A stretch of 40,447 nt of DNA from a bacterium. GTDB taxonomy: Bacteria; Zhuqueibacterota; Zhuqueibacteria; Oceanimicrobiales; Oceanimicrobiaceae. The stretch is taken from contig JBHIAC010000011.1 of assembly GCA_046758365.1 (NCBI GenBank), positions 1-40,447 on the forward strand, read 5' to 3'. A program made the translations under genes and the position numbers. Of this stretch, positions 15,783-25,316 are shown piece by piece. Every line of letters begins with the position of its first letter. The first letter of the stretch is position 1. The notes beneath the pieces are model-generated. The model was not told where the DNA came from, did not search any database, and saw only the letters and a list, made by a program, of their open reading frames with translations.

Positions 15783-16838
15783 TTGAAACGTAGGGTTACC
15801 CTTGGCATTGTTATCAGCATCATATTCATTTATCTTGCCTTTAGAAAAGTAGATTATCATGAGATGGTTGCTGCTTTAAAGAGCGCTGAATACATTTGGT
15901 TATTACCTGCTTTAATATTTTTGTTTGCAAGCCTATTATTGAGAGCTATTCGCTGGCGATATTTTGTACAACCGATTAAACAGATAAAGTTACACCCTCT
16001 TTTTTCTGCTATGATGATAGGGTATGCTGCCAATAATGTTTTTCCACTACGTTTAGGTGAATTTCTGCGAGCGTATGCCCTTGGAAAATCTGAAGGCATT
16101 TCAAAAAGTTCTGCTTTTGCTACCGTTATAGTTGAACGTCTACTGGATGTTTTGTCTTTATTAGCAATTCTTGCGCTAACTATCTTATTTTATTATCGAC
16201 AGGCAAATATCAAAAATAATGAAGAGATTATTTTCATTCAAAATAGTGGATACATTATTTTTGCCTTGACAGTCTCTATTATTGTATTGATGGTCTTTTT
16301 AATGGAAAAGACCGAAAGCACTATAAGAGTTTTTCAATTTTTTTTACCTACTAAAATTTTTATCATTGTTGAAAAAATTATTCGATCTTTTTTGCAAGGT
16401 TTTACGGTTTTTAAAAAGTCAGAACATTTTTTGTCAATATTTATTTTGTCAATTTCATTATGGATAATATATGCTGGTATTCTTTATGTCTCCTTTATTG
16501 CATTTAATTTCAACACAAAATACGATTTAAATGTTTTGGCGAGCCTTGTAGTTTTGGTTACCGTAAGTATAGGGATTATGATTCCTTCTTCTCCAGCTTA
16601 TGTGGGTACCTATCATTATTTTTGTATGAAGAGCTTAAGTCTTTTTAACGTGCCTGCGAGTGAAGCATTGAGCTTTGCTATAATTAGCCATTTTCTTAGC
16701 AATATTCCCCTTACATTAGTAGGTTTAATTTATTTTTGGAAAGAAAATTTACACTTTTCTGATGTTGTGGTTGAAAAGGGAATAATTGAACACGAGATAA
16801 AGAAAGAAGAAAAAATATCGGGTAAGGTTGGTTCTTAA
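15783..16838 (+). CDS. Lysylphosphatidylglycerol-synthase-TM / flippase-like membrane protein
   Basis: LRAIRWR, ANNVFPLRLGEFLRAY, VERLLD, PSSPAYVG motifs; multi-TM; TTG start. Confidence 0.85.
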   Translation: MKRRVTLGIVISIIFIYLAFRKVDYHEMVAALKSAEYIWLLPALIFLFASLLLRAIRWRYFVQPIKQIKLHPLFSAMMIGYAANNVFPLRLGEFLRAYALGKSEGISKSSAFATVIVERLLDVLSLLAILALTILFYYRQANIKNNEEIIFIQNSGYIIFALTVSIIVLMVFLMEKTESTIRVFQFFLPTKIFIIVEKIIRSFLQGFTVFKKSEHFLSIFILSISLWIIYAGILYVSFIAFNFNTKYDLNVLASLVVLVTVSIGIMIPSSPAYVGTYHYFCMKSLSLFNVPASEALSFAIISHFLSNIPLTLVGLIYFWKENLHFSDVVVEKGIIEHEIKKEEKISGKVGS

Positions 16839-16991
16839 AATTCATAACAATAATGAAGAAGACGTATACATTCACCCGTTCAATCCCCCTTGCTGTAAAA
16901 ATTGAACCATGGAAGCATAAATAGGCATATCGGTTATTCCATTAATGCAACCATCTTAATGTTTTTTGATGTCTTCGTGTTTAAATTTTCC

Positions 16992-17019
16992 TTGACTTAG
17001 CGATTTTTTTTATTAAATT
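16992..17019 (+). promoter_or_regulatory. Putative sigma70 promoter for the amrB operon
   Basis: TTGACT-N16-TAAATT upstream of the ATG at 17055. Confidence 0.45.
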
Positions 17020-17054
17020 GGAAAAAGTACTTTTTCAAAGAAGGTGATTTAGTC

Positions 17055-17897
17055 ATGAGTAAAGTTTACAGCGAAGATATTCGGCAGCCTGCCGTTGCAG
17101 ATTCATTTTACCCTGGCGATCCAGAGACTTTAGACAAAGAAATTGATTATATGTTGAACAAAGTAGAAACATTTGACCTGAGTGGGGAAATTAAAGCCTT
17201 AGTTAGCCCGCATGCAGGATATATATATTCGGGATTAGTGGCAGCCGTTGGATATAAGCATCTGGAAAATCGAAATTTCTCCGTGGTAGCGATAATTTCA
17301 CCTAGCCATCGGGAGTATTTTCCAGGGGTTTCTGTGTTCAATGGAAAAGGATATGAAACACCAATGGGACTGGTACCTATTGCTTCAGAACTGGCTAATG
17401 CTTTAATTGAACAAAACCAACGAATAATATCTTCATGGTTAGGGCATAGAGATGAACATGCTCTGGAAGTACAACTCCCTTTTTTGCAAAAAGTTTTGAA
17501 AGAAATTACCATTATTCCCATTGTCATGGGTGAACAAAATTATGAGACCTGTATTTTACTTGGAGAAGCTCTGGCGACAGTATTGAAAGGCGTTTCGGCA
17601 CTAATTGTGGCGAGTTCCGATCTATCTCATTATCATCCTTATCCTGAGGCCGTGAGAATTGATCAGGTTACTATAGATTTGGTAGAGTCCTTTAACGAAG
17701 TTAACTTAATGAAAGCCCTTGAAAATGGGACCTCTGAAGCTTGTGGAGGCGGCCCTATTGTGTCAGCCATGAGGGCCAGTAAAATAGAAGGGGCCAATAA
17801 TTCCAAAGTACTGATGTATAAAAATTCAGGTGATATTACCGGCGATCATTCCGCCGTTGTGGGTTATTTATCCGCTGCTTTTTGCAAATTCAATTAA
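17055..17897 (+). CDS. amrB: AmmeMemoRadiSam system protein B (MEMO1 family)
   Basis: RQPAVADSFYP, PHAGYIYSG, EHALEVQLPFLQ, ASSDLSHY, EACGGGP, VVGY motifs. Confidence 0.93.
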   Translation: MSKVYSEDIRQPAVADSFYPGDPETLDKEIDYMLNKVETFDLSGEIKALVSPHAGYIYSGLVAAVGYKHLENRNFSVVAIISPSHREYFPGVSVFNGKGYETPMGLVPIASELANALIEQNQRIISSWLGHRDEHALEVQLPFLQKVLKEITIIPIVMGEQNYETCILLGEALATVLKGVSALIVASSDLSHYHPYPEAVRIDQVTIDLVESFNEVNLMKALENGTSEACGGGPIVSAMRASKIEGANNSKVLMYKNSGDITGDHSAVVGYLSAAFCKFN

Positions 17898-17947
17898 AAG
17901 TGTTACCTTACTAAATGAGCAAAGTTGCCCCGGGGAGGTGGTAAGCT

Positions 17948-18523
17948 TTGTTTAAGAAAAAACGTCGTAATGTTCTTTCAAAAGATGAGCAAATGTATCT
18001 TTTGGAATTTGCTAGAAAAACCATTGAAGCAAAACTCCGTGGGGAAGTCCCCCCAACATATGACAAAAATTTCCCTCGTTTAAAAGAAGAACGTGGTGCT
18101 TTTGTAACGTTAAACAAAAATAAGAACTTGAGGGGATGTATTGGTTTAATTACAGGGATCAAGCCGCTGTATCAAACAATACAGGAAATAGCCGAAGCTG
18201 CAGCCTTTCAGGATCCGAGATTCCCACCTCTAACCGAAGCTGAACTTCCGGAAACGACCCTTGAGATTTCGGTGTTAACCCCCATGCGAAAAATTTCTAA
18301 TATTAAGAAAATAAAAGTGCGGCGACATGGGCTCTTTATCAAATTTGGGAATGCGCAAGGACTTTTACTTCCACAGGTCGCTACTAATAATAATTGGAAT
18401 AGAAAAACCTTTTTGGAACACACCTGTCTTAAAGCGGGTTTACCAAAAGACACCTGGAAAAATCCGGATACAGAGATAATGATATTTAGTGCACAGGTGT
18501 TTGAAGAAGAATCTAAAAAGTGA
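17948..18523 (+). CDS. amrA: AmmeMemoRadiSam system protein A (AMMECR1 family)
   Basis: GAFVTL, LRGCIG, AAFQDPRFPP, EISVLTP, GLLLPQVA, CLKAGL motifs; TTG start after GGAGG. Confidence 0.93.
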   Translation: MFKKKRRNVLSKDEQMYLLEFARKTIEAKLRGEVPPTYDKNFPRLKEERGAFVTLNKNKNLRGCIGLITGIKPLYQTIQEIAEAAAFQDPRFPPLTEAELPETTLEISVLTPMRKISNIKKIKVRRHGLFIKFGNAQGLLLPQVATNNNWNRKTFLEHTCLKAGLPKDTWKNPDTEIMIFSAQVFEEESKK

Positions 18524-19417
18524 ATGTCATATTCTAAAAACAATTTTGGACCTGTGGCAATAATAGGAGCAGGAAGAGTTGGCCGAGCCTTAAGTCAAGC
18601 TTTACACAAACAGGGGATTACAATTTCTGCTGTAATTAGTCGTTCATTAGATTTGGCAGAAAGATGTGCTAAGGCTTCAAACTGCGCTATTTTTTCCGAG
18701 CAATTATTTGATTTACCAGATTTAACCAAGATAATTTTTATTACCACGCCAGATAAAGCTCTCTCCCAAATTACGCGTAACATTGCAAAGTTAAATTTTA
18801 ATTTTAAAAATAAATTTGCTGCTCATACTTCAGGTGCTATGACCTCTGAAGTTCTTGAACCGTTGAGAAAGCAGGGAGCTCTGGTCGCCTCTTTCCATCC
18901 CATTCAAACCTTTGCGGGGGATGATTTCGATTTGGAAAAATTCTCTGGAATTTATTTTGGTCTTGAAGGAGATGAAGAGGCGTTAAATGTTTGTAAAAAT
19001 ATTGTAAAACTTTTTGATGGGAAATATATTATAATCCCAAAAGATATAAAATCTCTTTATCATACCGCCTGTGTGTTTACTTCAAATTATTTAATTGCAT
19101 TGTTGGATTTTTCCATCCAGCTTTTATCCAGTTTCAATCTTACAAGAGAGCAATCGGCCCAAATTCTACTGCCTTTGTTGGAAGGAACGGTTGAGAATAT
19201 TAAAAAAATGGGTATTGAGACATCATTGACTGGTCCAATATCTCGGGGAGATTTTCAAACGGTTCAAAAACATGTGGAAACAATAAAAAACAATAACCCG
19301 GAAATATTACCTTTTTACTGTTTGCTTGGGAAAAAAGTTTTAAATATGACGGAAAAAAGAGGCGGAATTGATAGTCTAGCTTTTAAAAAGATCCAAGCAA
19401 TTTTAGAATGGAAATAA
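18524..19417 (+). CDS. Rossmann-like / DUF2520 oxidoreductase
   Basis: IIGAGRVG, HTSGA, FHPIQTF, YHTACVFTSNY, LTGPISRGD..TV.KH motifs. Confidence 0.88.
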   Translation: MSYSKNNFGPVAIIGAGRVGRALSQALHKQGITISAVISRSLDLAERCAKASNCAIFSEQLFDLPDLTKIIFITTPDKALSQITRNIAKLNFNFKNKFAAHTSGAMTSEVLEPLRKQGALVASFHPIQTFAGDDFDLEKFSGIYFGLEGDEEALNVCKNIVKLFDGKYIIIPKDIKSLYHTACVFTSNYLIALLDFSIQLLSSFNLTREQSAQILLPLLEGTVENIKKMGIETSLTGPISRGDFQTVQKHVETIKNNNPEILPFYCLLGKKVLNMTEKRGGIDSLAFKKIQAILEWK

Positions 19418-19441
19418 TAAAAACAAAGTAGGTGCTTTAAG

Positions 19442-20833
19442 TTGAAGAGTAACCCTCAGTTTGCAATCCGCTCGCGCCAAGAGATGGAGAAATTAGAGGA
19501 AAAACTTTTAACACCCTATGCAACAAAAAGTAGAGGGGCTCATAATACACGTCAGTTTGAGGAGCCGGAACATGCGTACCGCACCGCGTTTCAGAGAGAC
19601 AGAGACCGCATAATTCATTCCCGCGCATTTAGGCGGTTGAAGCACAAACGACAGGTATTTCTCACTTCAGTAGGCGACCATTACCGCACCCGAATTACTC
19701 ACACTTTAGAAGTGGCTCAACTTTCGCGAACTTTGGTCAGAGCTCTGGGATTAAACGAAGATTTGGTTGAGGCTATTGCTTTAGGCCATGATTTGGGACA
19801 TACACCGTTTGGACATCTAGGTGAAGTAATTTTAAATCAAATTATGATCGGTGCACAAAAATTTGAAAGTCAAGAAGAAACTCGGAATTTCGGAGGCTTC
19901 AAACACAACTACCAAAGCCTGCGGGTCGTGGATTATTTAGAAAAGAAATACGCATTTAATGGACTTAATTTAACGGCGGCAGTTCGAGAAGGAATCTTGA
20001 AACACACACGACTAAAAAAGGGCAGATTTGAATTTCCCAATTTTTATTCTGAAGGCCTTCAATTCGAACGTGAGTTTGCTACAACGCTTGAAGGCCAAGT
20101 AGTCGCGATTTGCGATGAAGTGGCGCAAAGAACCCACGATTTAGAAGATGGTATACGAGCCGGATTGGTTGAGTTGCAGCAAGTTAGAGAAGTAAAAATC
20201 GTTCAATACATTGAAAAAAAGATTGAAATTCAAGACTTAGTTGAAAAAAATACCTTTCTTTATCGCGGGCTACTCATCCGTGCTTTAATTAATTTGTTGA
20301 TTGATGATATTATTCACCAGACCTTGAAAAATCTTTCGGATTATTTTAGGCGTCAAGGGAGATTACAAGATTTTGATGAAGAAATTGTCTACTTTAGTCC
20401 CAAAATAAACCCCCTTCAAAAGGAATTGAACAAGTTCATTCATAAAGAAATCATCGAGTATTCTCGAATCAATTGGGGGGATGAGCTGGGCAAGAAACTT
20501 CTTTGTCGGCTTTTTGAAGCTTACTTATTGGAGCCTAAACTTTTACCGGACTACGTGCTGGAAAGATATTTTCAAGAAAAGAGCGAAAGATATTCTACTG
20601 AACTATTAAGCAATTCGAATAAGGTATTAGAAATGCAAAAAGATGGTAAATATTTCAGAACCATCTGCGATTACATTGCTGGCATGACGGATAATTTTGC
20701 GGTGCACGAGGCAGAGCGGTTGTCCCGCATTGGGAAAATTCAGACTTACGATCTCCGCCTGGATTTCGCTTTGGGCAAAAATCTTGCAAATGGCGAGATT
20801 TCTGGAAAATATTTTAAGGAATTTTATAAATAA
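19442..20833 (+). CDS. dgt: Deoxyguanosinetriphosphate triphosphohydrolase (HD family)
   Basis: RTAFQRDRDRIIHSRAFRRL, RTRITHTLEV, GHDLGHTPFGH, CDYIAGMTD motifs. Exact start uncertain. Confidence 0.92.
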   Translation: MKSNPQFAIRSRQEMEKLEEKLLTPYATKSRGAHNTRQFEEPEHAYRTAFQRDRDRIIHSRAFRRLKHKRQVFLTSVGDHYRTRITHTLEVAQLSRTLVRALGLNEDLVEAIALGHDLGHTPFGHLGEVILNQIMIGAQKFESQEETRNFGGFKHNYQSLRVVDYLEKKYAFNGLNLTAAVREGILKHTRLKKGRFEFPNFYSEGLQFEREFATTLEGQVVAICDEVAQRTHDLEDGIRAGLVELQQVREVKIVQYIEKKIEIQDLVEKNTFLYRGLLIRALINLLIDDIIHQTLKNLSDYFRRQGRLQDFDEEIVYFSPKINPLQKELNKFIHKEIIEYSRINWGDELGKKLLCRLFEAYLLEPKLLPDYVLERYFQEKSERYSTELLSNSNKVLEMQKDGKYFRTICDYIAGMTDNFAVHEAERLSRIGKIQTYDLRLDFALGKNLANGEISGKYFKEFYK

Positions 20834-20837
20834 CTAT

Positions 20838-21731
20838 ATGAACATTAAAATAGAAAATCTTTATTTTAAATATAAAACCTTAGGGGTAAGTTCAAATTAT
20901 GCTTTAGAAGACATTAATTTGATCATAAATGATGGAGAATTTTTAGCCCTGGTGGGTCCTTCAGGATCGGGTAAATCTACGTTATTACAACATTTTACAG
21001 GCTTATTGAAACCTGATAAAGGAAGGATATTAGTTGATGGTTTGGATATTTTAGCTAAAGACACCAGCCTAACTAAATTACGACGACGAATCGGTTTGGT
21101 TTTTCAGTTTCCTGAAACCCAGCTTTTTGAGGAGACTGTTTTTGATGATGTGGCCTTTGGACCGCAAAATTTAGGATTGCCATCTGACGAAATTAAACTC
21201 AGGGTAAAAGAAGCTTTAAATAGGGTTGATTTAAATTTTCAAAAATATAAAAGTCGCTCCCCCATCCAATTAAGTGAAGGTGAGAAAAGAAAAGCTGCGA
21301 TAGCTGGTATTTTGGCTATGAAACCTGAATTTTTAGCTTTGGATGAACCAACGGCTGGATTGGATTCAAAAGGCGTACAAGCCGTAATAAGAATTTTGAA
21401 AAATCTTCATGTCCAGGGTAAATCTATTTTACTGATCTCACACAATTTGGATCTTGTGAATTCTTTGGTTGAGCGGATCGTTCTTCTGAAGGCGGGTAAA
21501 ATTTGTTTCGATGGGCATAAAAGAGACCTCTTTAATAGCCATCAAATTTTGGAATCAATAGGTATGGCTCTACCAAGAATCCAGTATGTAGTGAAAACAT
21601 TAAAGCAAATGGGATTGTTTAATGCCATCGAACTTTATTCGCTCCAAGAAATCAAAAAGGAATTAGCCAAAAATCTGAAAGCGAAATTTAAGAGCCGTGA
21701 AGCTTTAATAAAAGAGATGGAGAATGCGTGA
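20838..21731 (+). CDS. ecfA2: Energy-coupling factor transporter ATPase (EcfA2/CbiO type)
   Basis: GPSGSGKST, GLVFQFPETQLFEETV.DDVAFGP, LSEGEKRK, LDEPTAGLD; ATG at 20838 lies just after the dgt stop. Confidence 0.85.
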   Translation: MNIKIENLYFKYKTLGVSSNYALEDINLIINDGEFLALVGPSGSGKSTLLQHFTGLLKPDKGRILVDGLDILAKDTSLTKLRRRIGLVFQFPETQLFEETVFDDVAFGPQNLGLPSDEIKLRVKEALNRVDLNFQKYKSRSPIQLSEGEKRKAAIAGILAMKPEFLALDEPTAGLDSKGVQAVIRILKNLHVQGKSILLISHNLDLVNSLVERIVLLKAGKICFDGHKRDLFNSHQILESIGMALPRIQYVVKTLKQMGLFNAIELYSLQEIKKELAKNLKAKFKSREALIKEMENA

Positions 21732-21960
21732 AGGCTGAAAGTGTTTCAAAATTAACCAGTGGATGAAAAGCAACCGATTTTTACCTACCATTTTGAAAAT
21801 TTATTAATATCCATAACCAACCATTTATTTTCTTCACATTATATTAAAAACTAATTGCAGGATTGTAAATAATTATTATTAGATAGTTTACCTTTTCCCC
21901 ACTTGCCGCACTGCTCAACAGGGGTTGGATAAATTTATAAACTTTGATCATTATCATGCA

Positions 21961-21976
21961 TGGCATGGTGTTTGCG
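21961..21976 (+). promoter_or_regulatory. sigma54 -24/-12 promoter upstream of the sigma54 activator gene
   Basis: TGGCAT-GGTGT-TTGCG with canonical spacing. Confidence 0.65.
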
Positions 21977-22119
21977 CAATTGCAGTTTGTTTTTTACACA
22001 ACATCGCAGTTATCTAAAATTTATTTATCCTAATCAAATTAAAGTTTTTGTCTCAATATTAATTCCACTTTTCTTATAATACTAAGGAAATAATCATTAT
22101 AACTGGATAATATTTTAAG

Positions 22120-23253
22120 ATGTCCGTAGCAATTGTCGATAAACAGTTTGATAAAGTAGCCGATCTCGAATCATTTGAAGAAATAATACGACATTCAATG
22201 TCAAAAACGAGGGAGATACAAAAAACTAAAGATTCTAATTGGGGGAAAAATTTTGGATTTGACTTTCATTATCCATTAGTTAGTCGAAGTCCTGAAATTA
22301 GAGAAATTTACAAATTAATTAAAAAGGTTGCAAAAAGTAATGCATCCATTTTAATCCATGGTGAAACAGGTACGGGTAAAGAACTGATTGCAAGTCTTAT
22401 CCAATTTATCAGCAATCGTTCAGATAAACCGTTGGTTAAGGTAAACTGTGCAGCATTACCAGAGAATCTTTTGGAAAGCGAACTTTTTGGTCATGAGAAA
22501 GGTGCTTTTACGGGTGCCTATCAAACTCGAATTGGCAAGTTTGAGCAAGCTGATGGTGGAACTTTATTTTTAGATGAGATTGGTGATATGCACTTAACAA
22601 CTCAGGCTAAAATTCTACGGGTTCTGCAGGACCAAACATTTAACAGATTAGGAGGAAACCGTACCATCTCGGTAGATGTGCGCATCATTGCTGCCACAAA
22701 CAAGGATCTTTTACAAGAAATAGAAATAGGTAATTTTAGAGCGGATTTGTATTACCGATTAAATGTGGTATCCCTGCATATTCCACCACTTCGGAAGCGT
22801 AAAGAAGATATTTTAATAATCGCGGAATTTTTCAGAAGGAAGTTTTCTCAAGAACTACGAAAAGACATAAAAGGGTTCTGTAATGAAACTTTGGCTCTCC
22901 TTAAAAATCACTCTTGGCCGGGTAACATTCGAGAATTGAGGAATTTAATAGAGCGTGCCGTGTTGGTAGTGGAAGAAGGAAATATGATTCGTCCGAAAGA
23001 TTTGGCCATGTCGGGTAAATATTATTTTGCGGCTGGGGGTAAAGATCGCCGAAAGCGTAGCAACGGAGAACTGATCAGTTTTAATACCTTGAATTTGGAA
23101 ATCGTCGAGAAAGAATCCATACTCCATGCCCTTGAAATGAGTAATTGGATTCAGAAGGAAGCGGCAGATCTATTAGGAATTTCGCCAAGAGCCCTCAATT
23201 ATAAAATCAATCAACATAGTATTACACATCCTTCCTGGAAAAAAAATACTTAA
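22120..23253 (+). CDS. sigma54-dependent enhancer-binding protein (AAA+ plus Fis HTH) with no recognisable sensory domain
   Basis: GETGTGKE, ESELFGHEKGAFTGA, LFLDEIG, FRADLYYRL, WPGNIREL, C-terminal AADLLGIS HTH; only about 50 aa precede the AAA+ domain. Confidence 0.93.
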   Translation: MSVAIVDKQFDKVADLESFEEIIRHSMSKTREIQKTKDSNWGKNFGFDFHYPLVSRSPEIREIYKLIKKVAKSNASILIHGETGTGKELIASLIQFISNRSDKPLVKVNCAALPENLLESELFGHEKGAFTGAYQTRIGKFEQADGGTLFLDEIGDMHLTTQAKILRVLQDQTFNRLGGNRTISVDVRIIAATNKDLLQEIEIGNFRADLYYRLNVVSLHIPPLRKRKEDILIIAEFFRRKFSQELRKDIKGFCNETLALLKNHSWPGNIRELRNLIERAVLVVEEGNMIRPKDLAMSGKYYFAAGGKDRRKRSNGELISFNTLNLEIVEKESILHALEMSNWIQKEAADLLGISPRALNYKINQHSITHPSWKKNT

Positions 23254-23473
23254 AAAGGTAAGTTTACAATTTTACAATCATTAATGATGGTACAGTACTC
23301 AACCATAGGATGAGGATTCTTTTACTCGTTTCAGAGTGCAAAGGTATTAGCATTGCTTATTACATAATTGAAATACCTCACTGTAATTAATTTTGTGTGA
23401 GGAGTCGAGGTATTAAGATAAAAAATTGGTATAACATTCTATTTTTCAATGCATTTTATAGATAACTTATATG

Positions 23474-23489
23474 TGGCACAGCCTTTGCA
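23474..23489 (+). promoter_or_regulatory. sigma54 -24/-12 promoter of the secreted Ig-repeat protein
   Basis: TGGCAC-AGCCT-TTGCA, a perfect consensus, 59 bp upstream of the ATG at 23549. Confidence 0.85.
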
Positions 23490-23548
23490 TTTTAAGTATC
23501 AAGAAAAAAAACTACTCGTAGGCAATCGATAGCAATGGAGAATATACC

Positions 23549-25156
23549 ATGGATATTAAACCTAATCAGAAATGGGCCCGATACTTTGTATTTATGCTAG
23601 TTTTATCATTTTCTTCTACCATCGTTTTTGCCGCAGGTTCAGTTACCGTAAGTTGGGATGCCAATTCGGAAAGTGATTTAAGTGGCTACAAGATATATCA
23701 TGGAACCGAATCACGAAATTACTCTCAAGTAATTGATGTAGGTAACGTAACCTCATATACAGTCAATAACTTGGAAAATGGTAAAACTTATTACTTCGCG
23801 GTCACCGCGTATGATTTCTCACAAAATGAAAGTGGATTTTCAGAGGAGGTTAGCGCCACTCTCAGTTCCACAGGTGGAAATCCCGATATTAATCCGCCGG
23901 AAATCGTGGCCGTTGTGATTATGGGAGAAACGCAAATTGATGTTATATTCTCTGAACCTCTTGAAAAGACCTCTGCGGAAAATCCTTCTAATTATACCAT
24001 CAACAATGGCATACAGGTATTAGGGGCTGTTTTAGACTCCAACTTAACAACGGTTCATTTGATTACCACAGCTCATGCACGAGGTCAGAGTTATGTTTTA
24101 TCTGTGAGTAACGTGAAGGATCAAGATGGCAATACCATTACTGCTGGAAGCTCTAAAAACTATAATTTACCGAATCCCTCAGATGATACAGACCCTCCAG
24201 AACTGGTTTATGTGGTTATATTAGATGAAACGCATTTGGATGCAATATTTAATGAAAAAGTTGAACAGATTTCAGCAGAAGATATTGAAAATTATTCTAT
24301 CGACCATGGTGTCCAGGTGCTGGAGGCGAATTTAAAGGCAAACCAATCGGTTGTGCAGCTCACGACTACGGAACACCAAAGGGATGTTACTTATATATTA
24401 ACGGTTAGCAATATAAAAGATTTAGCCACGAATCCAAATGTTATTCAAGATAAAAATTCCTATTCTTATCAACTGAATTCGGCGGACGGTGGTAACACCA
24501 ATACACTTGTGTTAGTTTCAGTAATAGTAAACGGGGCAACCCAAATTGATGTGAATTTCAATGTTCCAGTTGAAAAATCTTCAGCGGAAGATAAGAATAA
24601 TTATTCTATTACTCCTAATATTGAAATTATGGGGGCGGTGCTTGATGCGAATTTATCTACCGTGCATCTAATTACATCTGAGCATGTAGAAGGTGTAGAA
24701 TATACTCTTACTATAAATAATATTAAAGATCGGGCACAAAATCCAAATGAGATAGCTCCAAACAGCGAAATGAGCTATACCTATACTTCTGATGGTGATT
24801 TTTCACAAGACCCCGGCGATACGGATGGGCAAACTCCACAATCGTTTGTATTATTTCAAAATTACCCCAATCCATTTAATCCAGAAACTGAGATTCGATT
24901 CTTTTTGGATAAAATTCGGAATGTTGAACTAAAAGTATATAATCCTTTAGGTCAGTTGGTTAAAACTCTCGTTAAAAACAAAATTTCAGCAGGCTTTCAC
25001 TCAGTGGTTTGGAATGGGACTAATAACAATGGTATTCGAATGCCAAGTGGAATCTATATCTACAGTCTTGAAATCAAGCGAGATGTTTTAAAAGGAGACC
25101 TTTTAGTCAATGTATCTTTGGAACGCCGAGTTAAAAAAATGACTCTCATTCGATAA
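23549..25156 (+). CDS. Secreted protein: FN3 domain, three Ig-like repeats, FlgD-Ig/T9SS-type C-terminal sorting domain
   Basis: Signal peptide; FN3 (VSWDAN..DLSGY.IY.G...YYFAVTAYD..NES); three ~100-aa repeats (..IDV.F...E..SAE...NY.I...V.L.T..H....Y.L...N.KD); C-terminal LFQNYPNPFNPET...VYN.LGQ.V.TL...WNG. Confidence 0.85.
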   Translation: MDIKPNQKWARYFVFMLVLSFSSTIVFAAGSVTVSWDANSESDLSGYKIYHGTESRNYSQVIDVGNVTSYTVNNLENGKTYYFAVTAYDFSQNESGFSEEVSATLSSTGGNPDINPPEIVAVVIMGETQIDVIFSEPLEKTSAENPSNYTINNGIQVLGAVLDSNLTTVHLITTAHARGQSYVLSVSNVKDQDGNTITAGSSKNYNLPNPSDDTDPPELVYVVILDETHLDAIFNEKVEQISAEDIENYSIDHGVQVLEANLKANQSVVQLTTTEHQRDVTYILTVSNIKDLATNPNVIQDKNSYSYQLNSADGGNTNTLVLVSVIVNGATQIDVNFNVPVEKSSAEDKNNYSITPNIEIMGAVLDANLSTVHLITSEHVEGVEYTLTINNIKDRAQNPNEIAPNSEMSYTYTSDGDFSQDPGDTDGQTPQSFVLFQNYPNPFNPETEIRFFLDKIRNVELKVYNPLGQLVKTLVKNKISAGFHSVVWNGTNNNGIRMPSGIYIYSLEIKRDVLKGDLLVNVSLERRVKKMTLIR

Positions 25157-25181
25157 AATTTTTCTTCCTCCCTCGTAGAAT

Positions 25182-25217
25182 GGCCAGGAACTGCTTCAGA
25201 GGTTTCCTGGCCTTTTT
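25182..25217 (+). terminator. Rho-independent terminator
   Basis: GGCCAGGAA...TTCCTGGCC stem followed by TTTTT, 25 bp after the stop at 25156. Confidence 0.8.
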
Positions 25218-25238
25218 AATTTAATTCTAAAATATATA

Positions 25239-25267
25239 TTGACTGCATGGTATTTATTTATTATATT
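25239..25267 (+). promoter_or_regulatory. Putative sigma70 promoter of the polysaccharide locus
   Basis: TTGACT-N17-TATATT upstream of the ATG at 25317. Confidence 0.55.
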
Positions 25268-25316
25268 TTAAAGCTTTTAGAGGATTACACTTATTTTATA
25301 TTTAGTTTGATTAAAA

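Noticed and set aside
16895..16990. Degenerate AAATTGAACCA-type repeat also seen near 13715
   Set aside because: The similarity is short and AT-rich; an element boundary cannot be defined from this window.
20697..20837. N-terminal extension of the ECF ATPase, or a dgt-ecfA frameshift fusion
   Set aside because: dgt is complete and the ATPase has its own ATG at 20838.
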